Part shown: piece by piece, positions 47,801 through 55,718 of the stretch
Position numbering within the stretch: the first letter of the stretch is position 1
How the letters are laid out: every line of letters starts with the position of its first letter
Source of the DNA: Longimicrobiales bacterium
GTDB lineage: Bacteria; Gemmatimonadota; Gemmatimonadetes; Longimicrobiales; Gaopeijiaceae
Length of the DNA: 64,000 nt
Direction: 5' to 3'
Assembly (NCBI GenBank): GCA_965232315.1
Contig: CBDDPN010000012.1
Coordinates: 1,922-65,921 of the forward strand
The notes under the pieces: model-generated
Seen by the model: only the letters and a program-made list of their open reading frames with translations
The model's database searches: none
What the model was told of the DNA's origin: nothing
Program-made: the position numbers and the translations under genes

Positions 47801-48003
47801 CAGTGCCTGTTTTCACTCCAGGAAGCCCCGTTCGTCGCATTGTAGAGGGCGATGAGCGCAGCCCGGTCCGCCGTGTCGGTGTGCTCGGGGGGCGGTGGAG
47901 GGGCAGGCGGGGTGGGGGCGGTCGGCGCCGGTTCGTCCGAGCAGACGGTCAGCAGGGCTGTACAGAAGCCTGCTGCCCAGATGCGAGCTCTCCGACGTGT
48001 CAC
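44893..48003 (-). CDS. lipoprotein with plant-type leucine-rich repeats fused to a zinc metalloprotease (HExxH) domain
   Basis: GTG 48003 follows AGGAGG, and a lipobox LLTVC is present. About thirteen 24-aa LRRs of the form LxGxIPxELGxLxxLxxLxLxxNx follow (e.g. LSGTLPPELGNLAQLTRLVLDGND). The C-terminal domain contains TLAHEVGHNLSLRHAPCG. Confidence 0.8.
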   Translation of the reverse strand: MTRRRARIWAAGFCTALLTVCSDEPAPTAPTPPAPPPPPEHTDTADRAALIALYNATNGASWSENRHWNTARTIRDWHGVLTNRDGFVTELVLSDNHLSGTLPPELGNLAQLTRLVLDGNDMAGRIPPELGRLSELAMLDLTGNSLNGTIPAELGAMPRLDSLHLGNNELSGPIPAELGNLGSLRRMRLSFNQLSGPLPPELGSLGNLTYLSVSRNELTGRIPPELAKLSAIEFLSVSRNNLRGTIPPELGDLATLERLYLYDNQLTGEIPGSLGNLSELELLWIHDNGLSGPLPEKLTDLAALQDLRAANNGLGGALPRGLGELQALSRLELEGNQDLAGLLPRSLIDLEFLQLLSYGGTDLCAQVDEEFEEWLREIPGGTRTDCDVAQVERLALTHLHEVTGGPSWANRGAWGTDAPLGNWHGVATEGEQVVELALPANGLSGPLPAELANLTELTLVDLTGNDLYGAVPSAVSGLRELGELRVGGNAALEGALPFALRRLERLRVLLYEGTGLCASPAPDFQAWYSGIEETAGATCDNPDQVTVSLPVVYLTQSVQTPSRSVRLVANRDALLRVFVTAGEPRGFFEPEVVAVFTGPDEGEIHRATMTRDANQIPAEVDEGDLDLSYNAVIPAEIVVPGVEMVVEVDPERTLPLTAESQTRFPAEGSDSLNVVEVPPMQLTLVPVLRVAEPDTSVVGWVRGISADSPELGLLRHAFPFAEFSVSPHEAYHTSLDLTTTAGQVSLFGELAALRASEGGTGYYYGVATNLGSVSGRGQRPGWVSIGLAGRTTTLAHEVGHNLSLRHAPCGGAGGVDQAFPYPDGSIGVWGYDFGDGSTVPPDRGKDIMTYCHSWPWLSDYYFEKIVDHRAQLAEDTASAQSASANPPADMLVLRGGIVDGELWIEPAFPMHTAARLPGAWGPYRIRGTGSDGRPLFSLDFTPLDDGHGGMHFFFTVPIEADWENALERITLAGPEGVAHLDQADERRITVVTEPGTGRLRAILRDWEGALPDALGDVAGLEVSVTRGLREAVRLRR

Positions 48004-48041
48004 ACTGCCTCCTGGCGCCCGGAACCTCGGCAGGCAGTGCG

Positions 48042-48887
48042 TCAGCGATCGCCCTCGCCGACCACACACGCGGGGGATTCGCCCCGCACCCAGGCGGCCA
48101 GCATCTGCCACTCGGGGTCGTCCGTCGATGCCCACCGCCGGGGACCGCCGTGGAAGTAGTCCCCTCCTGCGGAGGGCGCGAGCGGATGCGTCAGGAGCCG
48201 GCTCATCATCGGCTCGCCGGGCTCAATGTAACGGCGTGCGATCGCGTAGTTGCTCCGCGTCTCCTCGTCGTTCCAGAAATCGCGGCCCCCGGCGATGGGC
48301 CGGGCGAAGCCGCGCACTCCGGATGCGTGACAGTGGACGCACTCCACGTCGCCGGGACGCTTGTCGATGAAGACCCGCTGCACGCAGTCACGGAAGAAGT
48401 CGGCGTCGAGACGCGGTCCGAACGTGGGCTCGACAGGATCTGCCGCTGCGACCCAGTCAGCCATCGCACGCCATTCGGCGTCCTCCTTCGATTCGAAGAA
48501 CTTCCCGCCAACATGGAGTGGCGCGCCGCCGGCCGACTCGACGAGCGCCTTCCTCAGGAGCCGGCTGCGGTCTGGATCGCCGGGGGTGACGAGACGGGAG
48601 ACGACCTCGAAGTTCCTGTGGGAATCCTCTTCCGACCAGAAAACCTCTCCCTCGGCGGTCTCGCGGAGCCGTTGCAGTCGCAGGGGCGTGCCCTGCTCGG
48701 CGTGGCAGGTGGCGCAGGGCGCACGTCCGGGACCCCATCCGCCGCGGTCGGCCAGGAACATCGGCTCGATCGTTTCGCGGTAGACCTCGAAGCTCAGCGG
48801 GACCTGGCCGGTGGCTTCGCCAGCACCGGAAACCACCGCCATGAGCGCGACGGCAAACGCAAGGCCGCGCCGTCCGACGCGCCTCAC
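48042..48887 (-). CDS. secreted di-haem c-type cytochrome-like protein
   Basis: Signal peptide MRRVGRRGLAFAVALMAVVSGAG. Two CxxCH motifs are present (CATCH, CVHCH). Confidence 0.65.
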   Translation of the reverse strand: MRRVGRRGLAFAVALMAVVSGAGEATGQVPLSFEVYRETIEPMFLADRGGWGPGRAPCATCHAEQGTPLRLQRLRETAEGEVFWSEEDSHRNFEVVSRLVTPGDPDRSRLLRKALVESAGGAPLHVGGKFFESKEDAEWRAMADWVAAADPVEPTFGPRLDADFFRDCVQRVFIDKRPGDVECVHCHASGVRGFARPIAGGRDFWNDEETRSNYAIARRYIEPGEPMMSRLLTHPLAPSAGGDYFHGGPRRWASTDDPEWQMLAAWVRGESPACVVGEGDR

Positions 48888-49975
48888 GGCAACACCACAG
48901 TCTTGTTGCGCTTCGGTACCTGGCCCACCGGGATGCGCGCGATCTCCCTCATCTCCTGCGTATCGACCACCGACACATCGTTCGATCCGGCGTTCGCCAC
49001 GTACAGGTAGCGGCTGTCAGGCGTCATCGTCAGCCAGTCGGGGATGTGGCCGACCTCGACGCCCCCCCAGGTATTCGAGATCAGGTAGCGACCAGGCATA
49101 GACGTGCCCGTTGGCTTGCTCGTGGACCAGAGCTGGCGTCCGTCCGGCGAAACCGCGAGGCCGTGGCCCGGCGATCCCTGCAGCGCGTCGTTCGTCACCC
49201 GCGAGATCGGGAGGCTGGGCATGTCCAGCTTCTCAACGACCTTCCGCTGCGCGAAGTCCACCACGTAGACGCCGTGATAGTTGGAGATCTGGATGAACAG
49301 ACGCTTCGTCGAGCCGTCCGGACGGGTCTCGAACGCCATCGGTCGCACGCCTCCGTCGGCGTAGCCGCCCGTCGTGCGACCGCTGAAATGGAGCGACCAG
49401 ATCGCCTCGTCGATCGAGGTGTCGATGATGGTCAGGGTGCGCGCGCCGATCATCCCCGCCGCGACGTGCCGCCCGTCGGGCGACATGAACACGTTGTGCA
49501 CCGTCCCCAGTGTCGGGATCGACTTGACGACCTCGCCCCTCGCGAGATCCACGACATCGACGCAACTGCAGTCCTGGATGATCGCGACGTACACCTTACG
49601 GCCATCGTTGCTGATCGCGACGTTGTGCGGCCGTCCGGAGAGCGGGATGCGGTCCGCAACCTCCATGACGTCCGTCGGCACGATCTCCAGCGTTCGGTGG
49701 ATTTCGTTGCTGAAGTAGAGGGCGCTTCCGTCCGGCGCCGCCGCAACCCCGTGCGCTTTCGGGATTCCCTCGATGATCTGCACGACCTCGTTCGTGACCG
49801 GGTCGATGATGTGCACGTTGTCGCCGGCTGAATTCGTCTGGACGATGCGGACTTCGCCCGATTGCGCCGTCGCGGCGGCGACCGCGGCCGGCGGCGACGA
49901 GAGAGCGAGAGCGAGGAAGCCCGGGACGGCCAGCCTGAGAGCCAGATGAACATCGGGTGGAAAAAGCCGTTTCAT
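48884..49975 (-). CDS. YVTN-family beta-propeller repeat protein
   Basis: ATG 49975 follows GGAGG. A signal peptide is present. The repeats are of the type G..PHGVA.SPDG...YV.N....V.VID (AHGVAAAPDGSALYFSN; PHNVAISNDGRKVYVA; GHGLAVSPDGRQLW; YLYVANAGSNDVSVVD). The stop overlaps the cytochrome gene start. Confidence 0.75.
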   Translation of the reverse strand: MKRLFPPDVHLALRLAVPGFLALALSSPPAAVAAATAQSGEVRIVQTNSAGDNVHIIDPVTNEVVQIIEGIPKAHGVAAAPDGSALYFSNEIHRTLEIVPTDVMEVADRIPLSGRPHNVAISNDGRKVYVAIIQDCSCVDVVDLARGEVVKSIPTLGTVHNVFMSPDGRHVAAGMIGARTLTIIDTSIDEAIWSLHFSGRTTGGYADGGVRPMAFETRPDGSTKRLFIQISNYHGVYVVDFAQRKVVEKLDMPSLPISRVTNDALQGSPGHGLAVSPDGRQLWSTSKPTGTSMPGRYLISNTWGGVEVGHIPDWLTMTPDSRYLYVANAGSNDVSVVDTQEMREIARIPVGQVPKRNKTVVLP

Positions 49976-50135
49976 CACAACCTCCGGAGTGCGCGCCAAA
50001 CTGGCCCAAGGTAGGGCCTGGTACCCGCGGCGGGAACCGGTAGGTTCACACTAGACGGTCCCCGACGCCGAGGAAAGTGGTCGCGGCCGAGGATCGGAAG
50101 CCCTCTCGGATGCGATCATCTGACGCCTGGCGAGG

Positions 50136-50925
50136 ATCCCGGCCCTCCCGTCACCTTCGCAGCCGTACCGCCTCCCTGAGCTCGCGCGTCATGCTCGCCT
50201 CCAGTGATCCGTTCCGGAGTCGTATCCCCACACACCGATGCTTGCGTCCGGGTAGGGGAAGTCCCGGTCGTGTTCCGGCGGAATCGCGCGGGTCAATTGG
50301 TTGCGGCTGATGTTCAGGTTGGTGAAAATGAACGCCTGCTATCTGTAGACAGAAGGGAGTGGTGATGGGTCGTCCCAACTTCCGGGGAACGGCGGCTCGC
50401 CATCCACGGCCCCGCCCCACAGCACGAGCATGTCGGAACGCGGGTTCGATGCGGCCACCGGCGCGCGCGCGGCGTTCGCGGCGAGCTGTGCGCGATGGTC
50501 GATCACCTTTTGGAAATTGTAGTCGCTGAGCCACGGCACCGAGAAACAGTAGCTCATGATGTCCCGGCCGGCGTCGGGACGTCGCCGAAGGGGATCGAGG
50601 GCACGGAGCCTGTCAACTTGGTCCCTGCAAGATGAAGCTCTCGACCTCGTAGAACGAAAGGCTATCGAGTTCGGCTGGCGCTGGACCCGAGCACCGGTTG
50701 TTGTCGGCGAACAGGAAGGTTAGAGGGTCTCGGTCACTGGACCAGTCATACCAGAAGGCCGACCGCACGAACTCCGCCGATATCGGACCCGACAGGTCGT
50801 TGTCGTCCAGCCACAGGATTTCCAGCACCTCCAGGTCTCCGAGTTCCGGCGGGATTGAACCCGTCAATCGGTTGTCCTGTAGCTCCAGCGTCGTGAGGCT
50901 GTCGAGCTTGCGGGGTTTCAACGAT
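50136..50925 (-). pseudogene. scrambled remnant of a paralog of the LRR-metalloprotease gene
   Basis: 50136-50215 matches the 3' end of the intact gene (44876-44955). ORF 50339..50557 (CFSVPWLSDYNFQKVIDHRAQLA...DMLVLWGGAVDGE) parallels CHSWPWLSDYYFEKIVDHRAQLA...DMLVLRGGIVDGE. ORF 50613..50921 contains LRR units. The pieces are out of order and most of the gene is missing. Confidence 0.75.
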
Positions 50926-51015
50926 TGGCGCTACAACCTCTGGGGCGTCTGGAGTGCAGGCTCCATGCACCAGGCATGCCACCGCCGCACTGGACCAAAA
51001 CCGACGGACCATTGG

Positions 51016-51375
51016 TCAGTTCCTTTCATCGATCAGGCTGGCGTAGTCCGAAACGGGTTCGCTACCATCGCGTCTCGGTCGAAGGAGGGAGAGGTCATGG
51101 CAGGAAGACAACCGGTCGAACGAGAAGCGAAACTTATGGAGGGAAGCGTGCCTGCGGCATCCCCTTTTCGGGGGTTCCAACGACAGGACCCTCCGCCCGA
51201 GCTCGGTCTGCTTGCGAATCCCGAGCTTGCGGTAGACGCGCTTGAGGTGCCTCTTGACCGTGCTCTTCGAGCAACTCAGCGAAGCGCCGCTATGCAGGCC
51301 ACCGTCAGACCGGCCGCCAGCGCGACCGCGACGCGGGCCTTTCCGCGCAGATCGTGCAGTCCATCAATCGGACAG
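51016..51375 (-). pseudogene. C-terminal LuxR/GerE-type HTH fragment (N-terminal domain missing, one frame break)
   Basis: The minus-strand translation ...LSCSKSTVKRHLKRVYRKLGIRKQTEL (about 51199-51279) is a LuxR-type recognition helix. The preceding ...RVAVALAAGLTVACIAAL lies in the adjacent frame. Nothing resembling a receiver or other N-terminal domain is found upstream, because the integrase gene ends at 51413. Confidence 0.35.
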
Positions 51376-51412
51376 AAATCCCCGATTGGCGATCCTGTTG
51401 CGGGCGCGTCAC

Positions 51413-52624
51413 TTACGGGATGAGGTGATCCGATTCCCGCTGTTCGGTTCCCGCCGATTGGATCGGACGGGCGACCTTCCGGGGACGACCGTCCAAAGCC
51501 GTCCTGAGTTGTACCTCGTCGGTGTGCTGGTAACACTGGAGGACGGTCTGGGCCTGCTTCCAGCCGCCGAGATCGCACAGCACCTTGAGCGGCAGGTCCA
51601 TCAGGTCGGAAGCGAACTTCCGCCGAAGCGAGTGCCAGCCTCTCCCGCGCTTGGGCTCCAACCCCGCCCGCCTCTCGGCGGACTTCCAACAAGTGCCGAT
51701 GCGCGTGCGGCTCATGTGCGTCGAGGGATCCCCCGGAGCGGGGAGAACCGGCGCGTCTCCGGTTCCGCGGGCGTGGCTCCTCGCCTCCTCCAGAGCGGCG
51801 ATCGCCTCGGCGGTCACGGGTGTGGTGTGCTCGTATCCGGTCTTCTCGTGCTCGGCCCGCCAGAGGATGGTCCTGTCCTCGAAGTCGATGTCCGCCCACC
51901 TCAACTTCCGGATGGCACCGATGCGGTGCCCGGTTTCGTGGGCGAGCACCAGGGCGACGCGGAAGCGCCAATCCACCTGGCGGGACACCTTCAACAGCGC
52001 CTCGTATTCCCCGTCGGAAAGCACGACCCGGGTGGGGTTCTTCACCTTCGGCACCCTGAGTCCCCTCAGCGGATTGGAGTCGAGCAGCAACCGGCCCCGC
52101 TCATCTCTCGACTTGGCGGCCCAGTTGAGGATCGCGATCAGGATCTTCAGATCGCATACGATGGTGCGGTTGGCTGCGGGCTTGCCGCTGGGTCCGACCC
52201 TGCCTGCCCGCCGCTCCCGGATGAATCGGTCCCAGTCGCGCCGTGAAAGCGTCTCGGGTCTTCGGTCGTGGCCGAGGAAGTCCAGAAACATCCGCATCGC
52301 GGCCCGGTTCTGGTGTTGGGTCCGCCTGTGCTTCGTCGGGACCACCTCCTCACCGTAGATTTCAAAAAGCCGTTCCAAGGTGAGCGGCTCGGGCTCGGCC
52401 TTGCCGTTGGGCTCGTACATCGCGAGGCCTGCGGCGGCCTCGTCGGCCTGCCGCTTGGCCCTCGACCAGTCCCGGTGTTTCAGGGATCGGGTGAGCCTGC
52501 GTCCGTTCTCTCGCCACTCTATCTGGTAGATGCCGGTCTTGGGATCGGCGAACACCCTCACCCGGTTCCGGCCCCACTCGCCGGCGCTGTAGCTGCGCCG
52601 GTCCCGCTTCGTGCGTGCCATCAT
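51413..52624 (-). CDS. tyrosine recombinase (phage-type integrase), intact
   Basis: GGAGGAA lies upstream of ATGATG (52624/52621). The conserved residues are HETGHRIGAIRKLRW (Arg), HSLRRKFASDL (His-x-x-Arg) and LGGW...VLQCY (Tyr). It is a paralog of the broken copy at 36609..37770. Confidence 0.85.
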   Translation of the reverse strand: MMARTKRDRRSYSAGEWGRNRVRVFADPKTGIYQIEWRENGRRLTRSLKHRDWSRAKRQADEAAAGLAMYEPNGKAEPEPLTLERLFEIYGEEVVPTKHRRTQHQNRAAMRMFLDFLGHDRRPETLSRRDWDRFIRERRAGRVGPSGKPAANRTIVCDLKILIAILNWAAKSRDERGRLLLDSNPLRGLRVPKVKNPTRVVLSDGEYEALLKVSRQVDWRFRVALVLAHETGHRIGAIRKLRWADIDFEDRTILWRAEHEKTGYEHTTPVTAEAIAALEEARSHARGTGDAPVLPAPGDPSTHMSRTRIGTCWKSAERRAGLEPKRGRGWHSLRRKFASDLMDLPLKVLCDLGGWKQAQTVLQCYQHTDEVQLRTALDGRPRKVARPIQSAGTEQRESDHLIP

Positions 52625-52713
52625 TCGATTCCTCCGATGATGGACCGCACGATCTGCGCTCCTGAAACGTCGCTGCGGGAGGCCTTCCGCGCCAGATTCA
52701 GTCTTCACGTTCA

Positions 52714-54309
52714 TCAGCGGCTCGGTCCATAATCGCGGTCGCTGTCCGGCCCGCGTCCGCGCTGGTTCAGCGCCCCTATCATCATCACAAGGTCGCGGCG
52801 AGCGTGCCGTACGACTCGGCTAAGCGTGTAACTTGCCCGTCCAGCCACTCGATTCGCGTCCTCAATGCTGCGTTCTCCCCGCTCTGCCGCTCGACGTGCT
52901 GCCTCAAGGCTTCGTTTTCCGCGCTTTGCCGCTCGACGCGCCCTTGCAAGGCTTCGACGCGCCGCCGCAAGGCTTCGACTTGCTCGGAGTGCCGCCGCTG
53001 TGCCGTCTCGTACTGCGCGGAGAGCCTCTTCAAGGCCTCCGTCAACTGCCGTTCCAATTCGGTCATAGAGCTCCTTTACTCTCTCGACAGCTTCACGGCC
53101 GGACGATCGCGCACCTCCCAGCCCGGATCGGCCCATGTCCCGGGCGGCAGCACCACGTACCGCTCTCCCTCGATCTCGTGCAGCGCGATCCCCCAACTGT
53201 TCGCTTCCAGCTCGGCCAGCGTCTCGTGCGCGTCCTCGATTCGCACGTTCGCGATCGCCAGCCTCTCGATCCGGTCCTGGATGCTCCTCGACAACCACCG
53301 CATCGTCGCCCAGCTTCCGCCGAAGAAACCGAGCCAAAGGCTCAGGCCCACGATCAGGGGCCGTTGCCAAGCCTTTGCCAGCAGCTCGCGCATCCTCCCG
53401 GCCGCCTCCTCCGTATCGCGCTCGATGGAACGCAGCGCGTTCCTCGCGGCGCGCCGCGAGTTCTCGCCGAGCCTTTCGAGCTCGCTCGCGGTCAATTCCT
53501 CGATCTCCCGTCTCTCGCTCTCCAGCCTCCTCCGCAGCCGCTCGGTCAAATCGTTCGCGGTCGAAGTTCTCTCCATACAGTTCTCCTTTCAGCCGCCAGC
53601 GGTCGCCGGTCTCGGGGTCCAGCGCGGTGAGGTAGTCCTTGCCCCGGCGCGGCACTTCCAGGCCCGCCTCCCGAAGGGCGGCGACGACATCGGCCCGGTT
53701 CCGCGCCGTGCCGTGCTCGACGCGCTGGAGCAGGTAGTCCCGGATCAGGTCGCGGGGGGAGGCTTCGAGCCGGAGTCCGGCCCGCAGCCGGGTCGCTTCG
53801 ATGTAGGCGCGGTGGCCGGGTTGCTGCACCCTGGCCCGCGCCGGATCGTCCGGGCGAGCCCAGCCGTGTTCGGAATTGAAGGCGTCCCGGAGCGGGCCGA
53901 AGGTCTTCTCCCAGCCCGGCGGGGCAATGTTGAGGCTCCGACCGGTCTCCAGGTCGCACCGCGCGGCGAGGACGTGGACGTGCGCGCCGCCGCCGCGCTC
54001 GCGATGTAATACGGCGGTCCAGGCGTATCGGTCGCGCTCCAGTCCCGCCCAGGCCGTGTCCTCGAAGGCGTCCACGACCGCCTCGATCTCGGCGTCGGTC
54101 GGTTCGTCCTCCGGTGCCCAGGCGATCACGCCGGACGTGTACCTGTGCTCGAACGCCAGCGTGTCGGCTACGGCGGCCACCTGGTTCGGATCGCCCCGAA
54201 GGACCTCGACGCCCTCGCGCGGCTTCCCGGCCGCGTCCCGCTCGCCGAGGAGGTACTTGGCCGCGGCCCGCGCCGATCCGGTCCCGTGCGCCAGGAACTT
54301 AATCAGCAT
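52714..54309 (-). CDS. MOB relaxase (MobA/VirD2-type relaxase/mobilisation nuclease domain); the 3' extent is uncertain
   Basis: The N-terminal ~245 aa (MLIKFLAHGTGSARAAAKYLLGE..., AVLHRERGGGAHVHVLAARCD His cluster) fit the relaxase domain. Downstream of about 53580 the frame stays open, but it is R/A/G/E-rich with poor third-position G/C and overlaps two better-looking ORFs. Confidence 0.7.
   Translation of the reverse strand: MLIKFLAHGTGSARAAAKYLLGERDAAGKPREGVEVLRGDPNQVAAVADTLAFEHRYTSGVIAWAPEDEPTDAEIEAVVDAFEDTAWAGLERDRYAWTAVLHRERGGGAHVHVLAARCDLETGRSLNIAPPGWEKTFGPLRDAFNSEHGWARPDDPARARVQQPGHRAYIEATRLRAGLRLEASPRDLIRDYLLQRVEHGTARNRADVVAALREAGLEVPRRGKDYLTALDPETGDRWRLKGELYGENFDRERFDRAAAEEAGERETGDRGIDRERARKARRELAARREERAAFHRARYGGGGREDARAAGKGLATAPDRGPEPLARFLRRKLGDDAVVVEEHPGPDREAGDRERANRGRARDAGRAGSEQLGDRAARDRGRAVRGAAARDMGRSGLGGARSSGREAVERVKELYDRIGTAVDGGLEEALRAVRDGTAAALRASRSLAAARRSLARARRAAKRGKRSLEAARRAAERGERSIEDANRVAGRASYTLSRVVRHARRDLVMMIGALNQRGRGPDSDRDYGPSR
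52785..53066 (-). CDS. small coiled-coil protein in the mobilisation module
   Basis: 93 aa with heptad-like repeats (RRVEALQGRVERQSAENEALRQHVERQSGENAALRTRIEWLDGQV). Its third-position G/C is much higher than that of the overlapping relaxase frame. Confidence 0.55.
   Translation of the reverse strand: MTELERQLTEALKRLSAQYETAQRRHSEQVEALRRRVEALQGRVERQSAENEALRQHVERQSGENAALRTRIEWLDGQVTRLAESYGTLAATL
53076..53576 (-). CDS. mobilisation-module accessory protein with one TM segment
   Basis: 166 aa. GGAGAA lies 4 nt upstream of the ATG. A TM-like PLIVGLSLWLGFFGGSW is present. Third-position G/C is clearly higher than in the overlapping relaxase frame. Confidence 0.6.
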   Translation of the reverse strand: MERTSTANDLTERLRRRLESERREIEELTASELERLGENSRRAARNALRSIERDTEEAAGRMRELLAKAWQRPLIVGLSLWLGFFGGSWATMRWLSRSIQDRIERLAIANVRIEDAHETLAELEANSWGIALHEIEGERYVVLPPGTWADPGWEVRDRPAVKLSRE

Positions 54310-54637
54310 CGGAGTCCGGGCCTTCGGCTGGGGACAGTGCCGCGAGCGCCCGCCTGATGGCGACGAGGTGACCGATCACCTCGACCGCCTCGATGGCCCC
54401 CCGGTGGGTGTTCGCCCACCGGGCGATCTGGTTGAGGTTGTTGCCGATCCGCGCCACTTGCTGGACGCGCTCGCGCTCGACCTCGGCGTGCGCCACGGTC
54501 CATGTGCGCGTCCGGCCCACCGCCCGGCGCACCAGATCCGACAGCGTGAGGCCCGCGGCGCGCGCCTTGGCGTGCCACTCGGCACGCTCCGCCTCACTGG
54601 CGCGAACCTTCACCCAAACGGCGCGTCCGGTGCTCAT
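54299..54637 (-). CDS. mobC: MobC-family relaxosome accessory protein
   Basis: An RHH-like N-terminus is present (VKVRASEAERAEWHAKARAAGLTLSDLVRRA). The hallmark IGNNLNQIARWAN is present. The gene overlaps the relaxase start by 11 nt. Confidence 0.8.
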   Translation of the reverse strand: MSTGRAVWVKVRASEAERAEWHAKARAAGLTLSDLVRRAVGRTRTWTVAHAEVERERVQQVARIGNNLNQIARWANTHRGAIEAVEVIGHLVAIRRALAALSPAEGPDSDAD

Positions 54638-55237
54638 GGCGCGCCGTTTCCTTTTCGGGGGTCAGAGGGGGCAAGGCCCCCCGCCAGCCTCCGCAGGGGA
54701 CTCACGGAGTGTGGCCCCAAGGGGTATGCTCTGACCCACCTTAGTGGCGTCCGACAAGCCCCTCGGCGACGTGTTCGAGACGCGTCGTCGGCTGCCGCCA
54801 ATACCGTGGCGGCGCACCACCGCAATCGCTCCGGGGAGCCCGTTCAGACGGGCCTCCCGAAGCGCGGCCAATGGTGGGATGGTGGCCAGCGATGCCGGGC
54901 CATCCATGTACCCGCGGAGCCGGAGCGGCGACTGATCCCGGCAGCGCGCCTGTCGATGGGCACGGGCGCCGGTTCCGCCGTGGGGTGGATCAACCTGACT
55001 ACGTGCGTCTCCTCCGGTGTTTCGCCTCGCTTGTTCCTGCCCTCGGGGTTCAATGACCCGCAGGGCCGAAGCTTACGGATTGGATCCGCAATCGGTTTCA
55101 ATCCAGCCGGGGCATGGGGGCCGCAGATGCCCGTCCGCGCCGATCTTAGGGATCCCTTGTGGGCGTGACCGTTCCCAAGGACCGGATCCGAGGCACCGGG
55201 CCAGAGGCCAGGCTGGGTCCCTCTCCGCCCATGCCTT

Positions 55238-55263
55238 GCGCGTTCGCGTGCACGCGAACGCGC
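55238..55263. repeat. 26-bp perfect palindrome
   Basis: GCGCGTTCGCGTGCACGCGAACGCGC equals its own reverse complement. It lies in the ORF-poor gap between mobC and hsdM. Confidence 0.9.
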
Positions 55264-55511
55264 ACCTGCTGGGGATGCACGGCCACGAAACGCGTCCACC
55301 GGTCGCGGACAAGACCCTGCGGCCGAGGCAGGCGAGCGCGACCCACTCGGCCCGACAACCCATCCAACCGAAGGGTTCGAGCACCTGCTTACGTTCCGTA
55401 GGTGGCTGGTCATCCTGCATGGGCACGAGTTCAACTGCTGCTTCGGCGTCTCCATGCCAAGAACGCTGAAGAGCTACCTGCAGACGAGTCAACCCGTCAG
55501 GAATCTCCTAT

Positions 55512-55544
55512 TGTCCGATAACGTTCGAGGATGTTCGATAACGT
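55512..55544 (+). repeat. 13-bp direct repeat pair spaced 20 bp
   Basis: tgtccgataacgt (55512-55524) and tgttcgataacgt (55532-55544). Confidence 0.7.
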
Positions 55545-55689
55545 AAGGTAGCCGAGGGACGCCGCCGCCAGCGCCGTAATCGAACACCCCCGATTGGGAC
55601 GCAGCCACCTGTGTCTCGGATCGGCTACACCGGACTGCGAATGGGGCGGGTCTTGGCCGGGTGCTCCCCGGACGATGGAATCACCTCGG

Positions 55690-55718
55690 TTGACGGTAAC
55701 TTAGAAAACGCATATAGT
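55690..55718 (+). promoter_or_regulatory. sigma70-like promoter for the hsd operon
   Basis: TTGACG (55690-55695), 17-nt spacer, TATAGT (55713-55718), 60 nt upstream of ATG 55778 in a locally AT-richer stretch. Confidence 0.5.

Noticed and set aside
54844-55492. ORFs 54844..55455 minus, 55017..55469 plus and 55073..55492 minus as a replication or excisionase gene between mobC and hsdM.
   Set aside because: The translations are not protein-like and the three overlap each other. I could not reconstruct a coherent protein even when allowing frame hops.
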